Below the pieces are notes generated by a model, which worked only from the letters and a program-made list of their open reading frames with translations, made no database searches and was not told the DNA's origin. Shown here in pieces: positions 45,399-54,889 of a stretch of DNA of 60,381 bases. Where the stretch lies: IMG/VR virus record IMGVR_UViG_3300037235_000083, positions 1-60,381 of that record; one strand, given 5' to 3'. Both the position numbers and the translations under genes were made by a program. The stretch comes from a virus (Duplodnaviria; Caudoviricetes). Every line of letters begins with the position of its first letter. The first letter of the stretch is position 1.

Positions 45399-46511
45399 TC
45401 AGACCCCAATCATCTGCGCGATGGCGAATGGCTGGCGGATGACTGCGCCCCACGTTCCTTGCGTCATCTTTTGCTTGTAGCTCGAAAGGTCGCGGATGAT
45501 CGGGCCGGCGCGCAGTTTTTCGCTGAACGCGCAGTAGCCCGTTTCCTGGCCTTCGACCTTGGTAGCGATCAGCTGCACGATTTCGCCCGCCGCCGACCCT
45601 TGCGCGTTCTGAGTGGTCAGGGCCCCGTACTGGATGGCCGGAACCACCTTCAGGTTCGGGTAGTTGGTGCCAAGCAGCGTTTTCACGTTCACGTTGTACG
45701 TGTTCGTGAAATTGAGCGCGCCCGCCGAGTGCGGCGACATGCCCAGCACCATGTCGGATTCGGCGTTGATGTTGCCGCCCGATTGCGCAATGAGCTGCAC
45801 GACCAGGGCGACGATGTCGTTGTAGACCTCCAGGCCCGTCGCGTTGGGGCTGTTGCCGATGAACCAGGTCAGGCCCCCGGCCGCCTTTGGTCCCGGCGCG
45901 ATCGCCGCAGGAAGAGACGGATCGTTCAGCAACCCGTAGTTCTGAAGGCCGGCGATGCCGAAGAAGTAGGACAGGTTTTGGAACTTGTTCAGGTTCACGA
46001 TCGAAGCCTGCTTCAGTTCCGAGGCCCAGCCGATCTTGGCCGCGCCCATGCGCTCCATTTCCAGTTCGCCGTACTCGGCGATGGTCTGGTATAGGTAGTT
46101 TTCGCGCTGTGGGAAGTTCGTGTTGGCGCCGGACTTGCCCGCCTGCGAAAAGTCCCCGTAGGTCGAGACCTCGCCCGTGTGTTCAACGACCGAGAAGACG
46201 GCCGTCACGTCGACGAATGAGCCCTTGCGGACTTCGCCGAAGATTTCAGCCGCGGCGTTCTTCGCGGTCAGGATCCGCAGCACTTCCGGATCCAGGAACG
46301 TGACCAGGAAGGCCGGAATGCCGGACTGCGGGGTGGTAACAAGCTGCGGCTGCGCGTCGTAGGCTCCCTTGAAGTCGCGCTTCCAGGAAGGCTTGACGAA
46401 CACCTGAGCGCCGTCAAAAGCGATGCCATAGGTTTCGCGGTAAAAATCGAGCACCGCGCGCTGCTCGCGCAACGACAGGTCGTATGCGAGTCTGTCGGGC
46501 ATTCTGTCCAT
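45399..46511 (-). CDS. major capsid protein (DUF2184-like)
   Basis: GIPAFL...DP, GE...YGD, YGELE, GL.NYGLLNDP.L, QK...GTWGA.I..P.AI..M.GV. Confidence 0.9.
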   Translation of the reverse strand: MDRMPDRLAYDLSLREQRAVLDFYRETYGIAFDGAQVFVKPSWKRDFKGAYDAQPQLVTTPQSGIPAFLVTFLDPEVLRILTAKNAAAEIFGEVRKGSFVDVTAVFSVVEHTGEVSTYGDFSQAGKSGANTNFPQRENYLYQTIAEYGELEMERMGAAKIGWASELKQASIVNLNKFQNLSYFFGIAGLQNYGLLNDPSLPAAIAPGPKAAGGLTWFIGNSPNATGLEVYNDIVALVVQLIAQSGGNINAESDMVLGMSPHSAGALNFTNTYNVNVKTLLGTNYPNLKVVPAIQYGALTTQNAQGSAAGEIVQLIATKVEGQETGYCAFSEKLRAGPIIRDLSSYKQKMTQGTWGAVIRQPFAIAQMIGV

Positions 46512-46548
46512 TTTCAGTGATCCTTCTCGGTGGGGTAGGGTTTGGCGA

Positions 46549-47724
46549 TCAGCCGAGCGGCCAGCTGCTCATCTTGACGAGTTCGCCGGGTTGACCGACC
46601 GACAGCGCGTACCACTTGGTTTCGGTGCCGGAGTTGGCGTTGATCGCCTGCGAGGACAGGGTTTGGCCCTGGTTCAGGTAATACGTGCCCGCCCCGCCCG
46701 TGCCCGTGCCCAGCGCGATGATGGACGTGCCCGCGTTCACGCCCGAGCCGGTCAGCAGATCCCCGACCGCGAAGGTGCCGGTAAGCGTGCCCCCGACCGT
46801 CAGTGTTCCGCCGGAAGCCGTGATCGAGGTCGACGTGGCCGCCGTCTGGGCAATCGCAGAAAAGACCGAGAAGGTCGCCCCGTTGGTCGAGGGCGTGGCT
46901 CCCGTGAGCTGTTGGTAGATCGTGGAGCCCGCGGCAACGCCGGTACCGGTCAGGGTTTGCCCCGGAAGGAAGGCGCCCGTGATAGTGGTCGCGATGGTCA
47001 GGGTCGACCAGTTCGGCGCCGTAAGCGTGATCGGCGTGCCGGACGAACCCACGGTCTGCGAAATGTTGACCTGGTAGGTTCCGGTCGATCCCGTGGAGCC
47101 GGTGAGCTGTTTCACGACGGTCGTGGCCGGATCCAGGTTGGTGCCAGACAGCACCATTCCCGGCCCGATCGAACCGCCCGTGACAGTGACATTCAGCAAG
47201 CCCCCGCCGCCCGCGCCGGTGTACGGCACGACGTAGCCGGTGGCGGCCAGCAAGTCCAGGTGGCCAGCGGTCGTGTTGTTCAGCGCGATCGACGAGGCCG
47301 TGCTGGTTGCGCCAGCCGGCGGGGTGCCGGTGGCGGCGAACGTCACCAAGCCCGTGCTGTTATTCGCGTAGGCCTTGTTGTTGATGGCCGACGCGCTCGA
47401 GCCGCTGTTCAGTACCCAGAATTCGCCCTCGCTGTACAGGGTCACGCCCAGGCCTTGCGGGATGATCTGGGTGTTGTCGGCCAGGAATTGCGTGATAAGG
47501 GCCGCGCCCGGGTGCCGACCGGCAAAGCCGGTGGGCGCGCCGATCCCGGCGTTGCTCACGAACCTGTTGCTCGCATCGGCCCAGCCAAAGGCACCGATGA
47601 CAATGCCGGCCGCGGCCGCCACGAACGCGCCCGGCCCGTTGATCACCGATGCGCGGATATTCGTGCTTGCGAAGTCGCCGGCCACGCCTACGCCGGGTAC
47701 GGTGTTTACTTGTCCAGGGAACAT
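46549..47724 (-). CDS. capsid decoration/cement protein with beta-repeat insert
   Basis: F...VN..P..GV.GDFAS.N N-terminus and ETKW..GELVKMS C-terminus flank three Gly/Thr repeats. Confidence 0.78.
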   Translation of the reverse strand: MFPGQVNTVPGVGVAGDFASTNIRASVINGPGAFVAAAAGIVIGAFGWADASNRFVSNAGIGAPTGFAGRHPGAALITQFLADNTQIIPQGLGVTLYSEGEFWVLNSGSSASAINNKAYANNSTGLVTFAATGTPPAGATSTASSIALNNTTAGHLDLLAATGYVVPYTGAGGGGLLNVTVTGGSIGPGMVLSGTNLDPATTVVKQLTGSTGSTGTYQVNISQTVGSSGTPITLTAPNWSTLTIATTITGAFLPGQTLTGTGVAAGSTIYQQLTGATPSTNGATFSVFSAIAQTAATSTSITASGGTLTVGGTLTGTFAVGDLLTGSGVNAGTSIIALGTGTGGAGTYYLNQGQTLSSQAINANSGTETKWYALSVGQPGELVKMSSWPLG

Positions 47725-47760
47725 GTGATGGCTCCGAAATGGGTAAGAGGGAACCGGCGC

Positions 47761-50700
47761 TTACACGACGCGCAGGCCTGCCGCGGCTGGCGACAGACTG
47801 GCAATCACGCTGTCGACCGTCGCCGCGGAGTCCGCCGCCATGCGCGGGGGCGGCTCACCGTCGGGCCGGCGCTTGGGCTGCGCGGCCAGAATGTGCTTGT
47901 AGGCGGTCGGGTGCACGTCGGTTAAGTCGATTTCCAAGGCTTCGAGCGCCGCCTTGAAGACGCCCTCAGCCGTATCGCAGGCGAGGGTGAGCTTGCCGAC
48001 CCACGGCTGCACGAAGGCCTCGGCGTCGGCCAGGGCGCGCATCTGCGCCATGGTTTCCTTGCGCGTGTTCTTGGTCGCCTCGGCGATCGCCGCGTCCATG
48101 GCGGCCTTGCTGACTGCTTGGGTCATGGCTGCGTCCTTGTCCTTGAGGGGGTCCTTGCCGGGTGAGGTTGCTGGGGGTTTGGGCTGACCTTCGCCGCCAG
48201 GCGGTTCATCCTGGGCCGGCTTCGTTTCTGCCGGAGTGGGCGAGCCCGCTGGCGCAATTTCGGCATGCGGGCCGGCGGGGCGCAGCGCCTTGAGCTTTTC
48301 GCCCAGCCAAGCGTGATGCTCAGGCTTCAGGTGGGGCTTTAAAGCCTCCAGGATTTCGTTCACCGGATCGGCTTCCCCCGGCTTGGCGCCCGGTGCCGCC
48401 GGTGCTGCGGCGGCCGGCGCGGCTGGCGGTTCGCCTTCGGCCGGCGGGGCATCACCGGCTGCACCATAATCGGAATCCAGCGGTTCGGCGCCGCCGGGCG
48501 CCGGCTCGCCAGCTGGCGGCTCGCCCCCGGCTTCGCCCTCGAGCCCGTCAAGCAATTGCGTCAGGGATGCAACGCTCGCATCCTTGGCCAGGACAGTCGC
48601 CGGCAGTTTCAGCTTGCGAACGGCGGCGATGATTTCGGGCTTTTTCGTCTTCCAGTTATCCGAGGCGCACCCGATCAGGATCTTGTTCAGATCCTTTGCG
48701 AACGCGGGGCGCGCGTCTTTTGCCAGCAGTGGCGGAAGGACCGCGAGCAAGGCTCCCTTCGCCAGCATGGCCTTCCGTGACAGCACTTGCTGGGTGGTTC
48801 CCATCTGACCTGACTCCTTTGGTTGGCTATCTCCCACGATTACGTCGGATCCCGCGCGACCGTCCCGCACCAGTGCGACATGGTTGCCTCGGATTTCACG
48901 CATCACGCCGTCGTAACGGCGCCCCTCGAATACGCCCGGCGTCATATCGGCCACGTACCGGTACGAAGCCGACAGTTCACGCGTCTGATTCGTTTCGATC
49001 TGGTCGCACGCGTCCCCGTCCCAGAACACGAGCGAATTGGTGAGGTACGGCGCATTGAAGGCTGCATCCGTTCCGGTCGACCCGATCACCAGTTCCTTGT
49101 CCAGGTCATCAGCGGTGGTGGGCCGGTGATCGGACAGGAGCGGAATGTTGTTGAAGGTCGGAACCGCCTTGGCCAATTCCTGCGGATCGCGCAGCAGGTA
49201 ATAGACCTTGCGTGGTTCGAGCCCGAGTTCTTCGGCGTCCGGAATCTCGAAACCGTAGTACGGGTTGACGGTCGCCTTGCTGATGTTGGCGACCTCGATG
49301 TGCAGCCGGCCGTCCTGGTCGTAGCTGCGCACGCTCGCGCGATCGAACGCCAGCCGTTCGCCGGTGGCGCGATCGAATGCCAGTTCGGGATCTTCGGCCA
49401 GCTCATCGCCAGCCAAGCGGGCAGGGCGCCCGCTATCGTCTACGGAACTGTCTCGTCCGGATGATCCTTCAGGAAGGCTTGCGCTTCCTGGTCCGCCTGG
49501 TCGTCCGCTTCGTTCGCCAGATCCACCAAGGTCTTGCCCTGATGTTTGGCCGCGAACTTCTTCACGGCTTCCGCCACCTTGGCCGGATCCAGTGAGATAT
49601 TCGTATCGGTCTTGCTTGATTCGGCCATCGTCGAGCAGCTTTTTGGCAACGAGTTTCAGAGACGACTTGATGACCTCTGGATCATACCTCGGAACATCAT
49701 CGATCGATCCGACGTGGATATCGCCCAGGTGGCCCTGATTGTTCAGGATATTGATCTTGACTCTGGGATTGCCCGCATAGTGCTGCGCCAGTTCGCGCAC
49801 CGTTTTCGAGGCGCCCAGATGCGCGTGCTCGAGCGTTGCGCCTTGTACGGCCCGCTTGCGGATCGCGTTGAACGCGAAAGCCTTCTCGATGGGCGAGTTC
49901 GTGTAAACGATGCTGACCGGGCCCGGGGCCGTGTTCAGCGCCTCGTCGATTTTCTTGATCGCGGACTTCGTGTTCGACAGCGTCGAATCGAAGGTCAAGC
50001 CATCGTCAGGCAGCCCTAGCGCCTGGATCGCGACGTCCATCGCTTCGGACTTGCCCGACCCGCTGCCGCCGGCCGTGAACAAGGTCGGGCTCTTATCGCC
50101 GCGCGCGGCCTTGTCCTTCAGTGCCGCCGTGAAGATCATCTTCGACAGCAGCGAAGAGGGCTCATGAACCACCGGCGCGAGCTTGCGATCGCCGACGAAC
50201 GATCGGGACAGGAGTTTCACCTTGTCCGGATCGATCACGTTGCCGAAGCGCTTGCGATAGGTACCGATCAGCGCCTTCGGGTTGTGGCGGATCGCGTCGT
50301 AGAAGCCCTGCTCGATCGCGCGGTGCTCAGGGCTCAGGCCCGCGGCGCGCGTGAAGCCGTGCTCGTCGATGTGCTCAGCTTGTGCAGCGCTCTTTTTCGC
50401 CTGCACGGTTGCGGCACGTTTCGCGGCCGTTTTTTCCTTCTTTTCGTTGGCTAGGTCTTCTTCCTGGAGCGCGTTGGCCTGTTCATACAGACGGCGACTT
50501 TCCTGTGGGTTGCTCGCCCGCAGCGCATTGGATTGCCGCAGTAGATCCTTTTGTTTAGCCCGATTGGCTTCCCGGTTGAATGGCGCAGCGCCACCGCCCT
50601 CACCGAACCGTCCACCCTCGTCGCGCGGGTGCTTGGACTCGTCCCACTCAGCGTCCATTCCCATGCGCGCCGCGGCAAGCATCGGCAGGATGCGTTCTAC

Positions 50701-51078
50701 GCCAGGGTGCAGCGGTTCGGGCGGATCGTCGATCTGCGCCCAAATGTGATCCGTGTGTTCGTAGTTCAATTCCGGAGCGAAGAGGTCATCTTTGACGCGC
50801 TGCACGAAGGTGACGAATTCGACGCCGTCCAGTGTCAGGTGCGCCAGCTCGCGAAGCTTTCCTTCCGGAATGTCACCGATTTCCTCGATCGCCTCGCGCC
50901 GGGCCGTCTCGAGCGGGGTTTCATCATCCTTCGCGGTGCCACCTGGCAGGCACCATTCGCCCGCGTGGTCGCCGCGGCTCGAGCGCTTCAGAAACAGGCA
51001 CAGGCCGTCCGGGGTGATGAACGCAATGCCGGCGCCTTCGGTAACGGCGGTACCGGCGTAGCCCGGATCGAATGGCAT
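47761..51078 (-). CDS. polyprotein: NUDIX hydrolase + zeta-toxin-like P-loop kinase + DUF2213-like prohead protease + scaffold
   Basis: Nudix box [22 protein letters not shown]; [17 protein letters not shown]; NISKA.VNPY.G.EIP, ELSASY, NHVALV..GRAG. Confidence 0.88.
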   Translation of the reverse strand: MPFDPGYAGTAVTEGAGIAFITPDGLCLFLKRSSRGDHAGEWCLPGGTAKDDETPLETARREAIEEIGDIPEGKLRELAHLTLDGVEFVTFVQRVKDDLFAPELNYEHTDHIWAQIDDPPEPLHPGVERILPMLAAARMGMDAEWDESKHPRDEGGRFGEGGGAAPFNREANRAKQKDLLRQSNALRASNPQESRRLYEQANALQEEDLANEKKEKTAAKRAATVQAKKSAAQAEHIDEHGFTRAAGLSPEHRAIEQGFYDAIRHNPKALIGTYRKRFGNVIDPDKVKLLSRSFVGDRKLAPVVHEPSSLLSKMIFTAALKDKAARGDKSPTLFTAGGSGSGKSEAMDVAIQALGLPDDGLTFDSTLSNTKSAIKKIDEALNTAPGPVSIVYTNSPIEKAFAFNAIRKRAVQGATLEHAHLGASKTVRELAQHYAGNPRVKINILNNQGHLGDIHVGSIDDVPRYDPEVIKSSLKLVAKKLLDDGRIKQDRYEYLTGSGQGGGSREEVRGQTSGQDLGGSGERSGRPGGPGSASLPEGSSGRDSSVDDSGRPARLAGDELAEDPELAFDRATGERLAFDRASVRSYDQDGRLHIEVANISKATVNPYYGFEIPDAEELGLEPRKVYYLLRDPQELAKAVPTFNNIPLLSDHRPTTADDLDKELVIGSTGTDAAFNAPYLTNSLVFWDGDACDQIETNQTRELSASYRYVADMTPGVFEGRRYDGVMREIRGNHVALVRDGRAGSDVIVGDSQPKESGQMGTTQQVLSRKAMLAKGALLAVLPPLLAKDARPAFAKDLNKILIGCASDNWKTKKPEIIAAVRKLKLPATVLAKDASVASLTQLLDGLEGEAGGEPPAGEPAPGGAEPLDSDYGAAGDAPPAEGEPPAAPAAAAPAAPGAKPGEADPVNEILEALKPHLKPEHHAWLGEKLKALRPAGPHAEIAPAGSPTPAETKPAQDEPPGGEGQPKPPATSPGKDPLKDKDAAMTQAVSKAAMDAAIAEATKNTRKETMAQMRALADAEAFVQPWVGKLTLACDTAEGVFKAALEALEIDLTDVHPTAYKHILAAQPKRRPDGEPPPRMAADSAATVDSVIASLSPAAAGLRVV
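49440..49628 (-). CDS. nested +1-frame 62-aa acidic helical protein (candidate antitoxin)
   Basis: [39 protein letters not shown]; GC3-rich codons while the host frame has A/T-ending Gly/Ser/Arg codons. No clear SD. Confidence 0.6.
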   Translation of the reverse strand: MAESSKTDTNISLDPAKVAEAVKKFAAKHQGKTLVDLANEADDQADQEAQAFLKDHPDETVP

Positions 51079-51087
51079 GGCATCGTT

Positions 51088-51762
51088 TTAATAGGTGAAG
51101 GGCGCCGCAGGCGGGGTGAAATTCGCTGTGTAGCGCGCGACTCCCATGGAAATGCGTGCTTCGTCAACGTATCCGTTCCAGCTGCTAGTGCCGCCAGCAT
51201 TAGCCGCTCCGATCGCCTGGCCCGTCATGCCTTTGATAATTGAACCGCTATACGTAGCGGATCCTTGTGAAACACCGTTCAAGTAGGTGTTGAAATTATT
51301 TCCGTGCCTGACACCTGCCACGTGATACCAGGTGCCCGTTGACAGAGTTGCACCCGAGGTAAACGCGACACTCCAATTGGTACCGCCGTCAGCACTGCCG
51401 CATAGCAAAGTGATCACGCCGCCGTTTAGAAATAAAAGCACTCCCGAAAATCCGGCACCTTGTGAACCGAAGATAACCTGTGATCCCCCAATGCTGATGG
51501 CGTAGACAAAAGCCTCATAGGTCCAATCCTGAAGGAGCGCAGCGAAGATATCGTTGCTCGTGCTTATAAAAGCACCGCCAGGAAGCAACAGCGAACTGGG
51601 GCCGAACTTCTGCTGTGCCGTCGATAGCGTCGCACTACTACCCGACCACGTACTTGAGTAAACGTCGGTAAAGGTGGTCGAACCATTCGTGCCATCGAAG
51701 TGCAGCAGCGCAGTGCTGACGATGATGCTGCTGCGATAGCGCGTCGCTAAAGCGCCAGTCAC
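51088..51762 (-). CDS. LamG/concanavalin-like domain protein (virion decoration)
   Basis: LLHFDGTNGSTTFTD..WYHVA.VR..YLNG..GYVDEARIS..YTANFTPP; GTGA coupling. Confidence 0.82.
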   Translation of the reverse strand: MTGALATRYRSSIIVSTALLHFDGTNGSTTFTDVYSSTWSGSSATLSTAQQKFGPSSLLLPGGAFISTSNDIFAALLQDWTYEAFVYAISIGGSQVIFGSQGAGFSGVLLFLNGGVITLLCGSADGGTNWSVAFTSGATLSTGTWYHVAGVRHGNNFNTYLNGVSQGSATYSGSIIKGMTGQAIGAANAGGTSSWNGYVDEARISMGVARYTANFTPPAAPFTY

Positions 51763-52472
51763 GTCAGGTCCCCACCGATCAGCCAGGTATCGCTGCCCAA
51801 ATATTTGGCCCATATGGTGGAGTTTTGGGCGCGCGCCGTGAGCGAACTGGGGTTCGCAAAGGTCACGCCGGCACCTGCCACGAACGCCGTCTGTCCGGCG
51901 CCAAGTTGTGGCACGACAATGAGCGTACCCGTGACCCAGGCCGTCGTGCTGTGCGGGTCGAGCGTCACGTTGTTGGCCGAGGCGTTGTTCATGGTGACCC
52001 AGCCCTCGTAATTCGAAGACTGTGGCGCATCGGCGAGAACCGGGTGATAACTCGTCCCGGTTTGCGGGTTAATCGGTGGGGCACTCCCAGTGGCCGGAAG
52101 CGCAGTCCATGCTGGAGCGCCCGCCACCGAAGTCAGAACGTAGTTGGCGGTGCCGATGCCAAGCCTTGCCGCTGCTCCGGAAACCCCGCCGATGATGATG
52201 TCGCCAGCCGTGGTCATCGGATTGGCAAGACCGGTGGCCGCTGCCCACGCTGGTTCGCCCGCAACGACCGTCAGGACTTGGCCAGTAGATCCGATCGGTA
52301 TCCGCTCCGGCGTGCCGCTTGTGCCGCCGTCGATCAGATCGCCGGAAGCGGTCATCGGATTCGTCATACCGCCGCCGCCCCCGCCGCTGATTGCCTGCGC
52401 TACGGCCGCGGCCGTGCTGGGCGCATCCCCGCTGGCAATGGCGCGCGCTTGCGCTGGAGTCAGGGATGTCAT
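51759..52472 (-). CDS. head fibre-like protein
   Basis: Two NPMT..GD.I.GG.SG...R..IG....VLT.VAG.PAW repeats; C-terminal IN.QTGTSY..W.IGGDL domain. Confidence 0.72.
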   Translation of the reverse strand: MTSLTPAQARAIASGDAPSTAAAVAQAISGGGGGGMTNPMTASGDLIDGGTSGTPERIPIGSTGQVLTVVAGEPAWAAATGLANPMTTAGDIIIGGVSGAAARLGIGTANYVLTSVAGAPAWTALPATGSAPPINPQTGTSYHPVLADAPQSSNYEGWVTMNNASANNVTLDPHSTTAWVTGTLIVVPQLGAGQTAFVAGAGVTFANPSSLTARAQNSTIWAKYLGSDTWLIGGDLT

Positions 52473-52482
52473 CGGATAAACC

Positions 52483-52821
52483 TCAGAGGATATTGGTGAC
52501 GTTGAACACGGTCGGATTGACGCTGGACGTGCATGTCACAGCGTCGCCTGGCCGCAGCAAAAACTGGCCCGAGGTAAGGCCCGTGATGCCGCCCTGCGAT
52601 AGTGTGATCACGGTGATGGTGCCACCGTCGATGGTGACCGTTTGCAGATAAGGGCCCGGATTCGTGTAGGGGATGCCGTTGCCTGGATAGGTCGTGGCGA
52701 CGGTCGGGCCGGTCTGCGGCGCTCGCATCAGCTGGTTCAGCACTTGCGCAAGCGTTTGCGTGTCGCCCGCCGCGATGGCCTGGATCATCTGGGCGGACAG
52801 GGCAGAGGTCAGGGCTCCCAT
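52483..52821 (-). CDS. small putative virion protein
   Basis: SD GGAGAG; beta-rich YTN.GP..GGT...I...G.F.LRPGD. Confidence 0.65.
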   Translation of the reverse strand: MGALTSALSAQMIQAIAAGDTQTLAQVLNQLMRAPQTGPTVATTYPGNGIPYTNPGPYLQTVTIDGGTITVITLSQGGITGLTSGQFLLRPGDAVTCTSSVNPTVFNVTNIL

Positions 52822-52854
52822 TTTGGATAGCTCTCCGTGAGTGAACGTATCGGG

Positions 52855-52884
52855 AAAAAAGAAACGCCCTCTGGAAGAGGGCGC
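52855..52884 (-). terminator. intrinsic terminator
   Basis: GCGCCCTCT-TCC-AGAGGGCGT followed by TTCTTTTTT on the minus strand. Confidence 0.8.
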
Positions 52885-52923
52885 CCCTGGCCTCGATCGC
52901 GGCCTACGCGTCGGTGTGCTGTG

Positions 52924-53205
52924 TCAGCCTGTGCGCTCGCTGTCGCGATCGCTTTCGCGCACGGGCCACGTACAAAACGGTACCGGAGCCACAGCCCCGT
53001 CCTGCGCTAGGTAAACCTTCTCCTGTGAGAACAGGTTCCCGTAACAGTCGAACACGGCTAGGTTCACCAAGTTCGGGCTATGCACGAACACGACCGTGGC
53101 CGCCAGCGGTACCGGACCCTCGCCTGGATCCGGAATGGGCCTGGACCCCGGAAACATTTCGTCTGGCCAAAACCAGACTTGTCGGCCGACTGTGGGCTTG
53201 ATCAT
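52924..53205 (-). CDS. conserved phage protein
   Basis: MIKPTVGR.VW..PLAA.V..V....VNLAVFD..G. Confidence 0.75.
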   Translation of the reverse strand: MIKPTVGRQVWFWPDEMFPGSRPIPDPGEGPVPLAATVVFVHSPNLVNLAVFDCYGNLFSQEKVYLAQDGAVAPVPFCTWPVRESDRDSERTG

Positions 53206-53381
53206 TTTTGCCGCTCCATTGATCGCTGACCCTCGATGAGTTTGCGCACCCGCTTCATGAGCGCGGCATCGCACTCCGGGCACAAACGCTCATACCAGAT
53301 GGTCCTCGAGCATCCGTGGCACTTCCTGAACCCCAGCAGTCGCAAGAAAAGGTTCACCGGCGGTAAGTATGCCCCGCTCAC
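53202..53381 (-). CDS. small Zn-finger protein
   Basis: CHGC...CPEC; coupled start and stop. Confidence 0.55.
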   Translation of the reverse strand: MSGAYLPPVNLFLRLLGFRKCHGCSRTIWYERLCPECDAALMKRVRKLIEGQRSMERQK

Positions 53382-53653
53382 CTCCAGAGCGCATCCAGAG
53401 CGTCGGCTGGCGACTGGCGCGGATCCCGCACGGTACGTCTTATGGCCACGGCTGCAATCAGCTTGGCGATCGGGACGGTGCGCAGCTGGATCAGGATCGG
53501 GGGCGCCTTCGGTTGCACGAACGTGCGCAGCGTGCAGGCACACCAGCTGTTCACGTGCCCCGGCAAAGCCACTATCTGGACCGGCTGGCGGCAGCGGGTG
53601 CACGCCTGCTCACCATTATCATCCGGGCCCCAGTGGCGAACGCGCTCAGCCAT
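53378..53653 (-). CDS. small Zn-finger protein
   Basis: CTRC...WCAC. Confidence 0.5.
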   Translation of the reverse strand: MAERVRHWGPDDNGEQACTRCRQPVQIVALPGHVNSWCACTLRTFVQPKAPPILIQLRTVPIAKLIAAVAIRRTVRDPRQSPADALDALWR

Positions 53654-53867
53654 CGCCCGCAGCCCTAATTTGGCTAGGCTGAGTCCGACCGGCAGCAATG
53701 TGGCGAAGGTGGCGGGCGCGTTCACGCTCGCCATGGTGCGGATAGGATCGGCCGCGCTTGTCATCAAGCGCCACTGAGCGCGCTGGAATGGAGCGCTGAC
53801 CGAGATTCGCGAATGCTCCCATTGCGGACATCATCATCAAAGCTGGACTAATTTCGCGCTTTCCCAA
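53646..53867 (-). CDS. hypothetical protein
   Basis: Fills the gap after MuF. Confidence 0.45.
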   Translation of the reverse strand: MGKREISPALMMMSAMGAFANLGQRSIPARSVALDDKRGRSYPHHGERERARHLRHIAAGRTQPSQIRAAGDG

Positions 53868-53868
53868 T

Positions 53869-54750
53869 TTACGACTCCATTCGACCGAGTCCCGGAATCA
53901 CGGACCGGCTGACACACCGGCAATTGATCAACTCGCCCGGAAAGATGTACTGCTGTTCCTTCTCGGACCACATGCCTTCACTGATCTTGTAGCGTTTTCG
54001 CGCTGCGCCCCACGCGACATGATCCGGGCGCGGCTCGCGTCCGCCGCCGCTGTGCACCCAGATCGCTTCGGTGATCCCCAGTTCATGCTGCCGCACGCGG
54101 ATACGCGTCGCGGTCGCCTTGTTGTTCTGGTCCCGTGCGATCAGAGCGGCCCGGCGTTCGGTGCGTGCCGAGAGTGACTTGTTAGACTCGCCGGGCTTGC
54201 GACCCAGGCCGATACGCGCCAGGTTCACCTTCGGCCCCAGGTAGTCGGTCAGCGCCGCAAGGTCGCGCCCTACCGCGGCCGATCGCATGACCTCGGTTTC
54301 GATGTCTGTGAAGTAGCGCTGCGGGATCGATTTGATCAGGGACACGTTCTCGCCCGTGGTCGCTTGCCAGACGTCGCGGGTGAGCGGCGTTGTGCGCAAC
54401 CGCACAGAAAAAGCGTGCTTTGCCAGAATCGCCTTCAGCGCCGCGTCGGTGCGCTCGCTAACCTTGGTCGCGAAATACTCGGCTAGGTCCGGGGCCAGTT
54501 CATCGAACCGTTGCTGCCAGCGCTTGGCCAGAGCCCGGATGATCCGGCGCAGGATGACCGATGGGGCGTCGTCCTGCGCCATGCGCGGCGTGTGCGCCCG
54601 ATACGCGGCGGTGAGCCAGTGCACGACGCTGTTGTGCATCTGGGCAATCAGCAATAGCAGCCGGCGCCGGTATTCGACCTCGAGGCCAACGTTGGGGTGG
54701 ATAGGCGCGGCGACTTTAATCGTCGTCTTCGCCGCCTTCGCCATCGTCAT
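53869..54750 (-). CDS. head morphogenesis protein (MuF/SPP1 gp7 family)
   Basis: ENVSLIKSIP, RAALIARDQ..KA, W.HS...PR..H, PGELINCRC. Confidence 0.9.
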   Translation of the reverse strand: MTMAKAAKTTIKVAAPIHPNVGLEVEYRRRLLLLIAQMHNSVVHWLTAAYRAHTPRMAQDDAPSVILRRIIRALAKRWQQRFDELAPDLAEYFATKVSERTDAALKAILAKHAFSVRLRTTPLTRDVWQATTGENVSLIKSIPQRYFTDIETEVMRSAAVGRDLAALTDYLGPKVNLARIGLGRKPGESNKSLSARTERRAALIARDQNNKATATRIRVRQHELGITEAIWVHSGGGREPRPDHVAWGAARKRYKISEGMWSEKEQQYIFPGELINCRCVSRSVIPGLGRMES

Positions 54751-54889
54751 CTTCCGGAATGCTTAGCTTGGCCAGTTCGCGCGCCGTCTGCCGATCCTCT
54801 TCCTCCCACGGTTTCAATCCCAGCATCGCGCGCACCAAGTTCCCGCCAGCCGGGGATTTCCAGATCGCTTTCGCATCAGGGCTCAGCAT
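54716..54889 (-). CDS. 57-aa acidic protein overlapping the portal stop (candidate inhibitor/immunity)
   Basis: SD AAGGGG then MLSPDAKAIWKSPAGGNLVRAMLGLKPWEEEDRQTARELAKLSIPEDDDGEGGEDDD*; below track cutoff. Confidence 0.65.
   Translation of the reverse strand: MLSPDAKAIWKSPAGGNLVRAMLGLKPWEEEDRQTARELAKLSIPEDDDGEGGEDDD

Noticed and set aside
47761-51078. Intein explanation for the extra domains in the protease or portal
   Set aside because: No C/S...HN-C/S/T splice junctions or LAGLIDADG motifs seen
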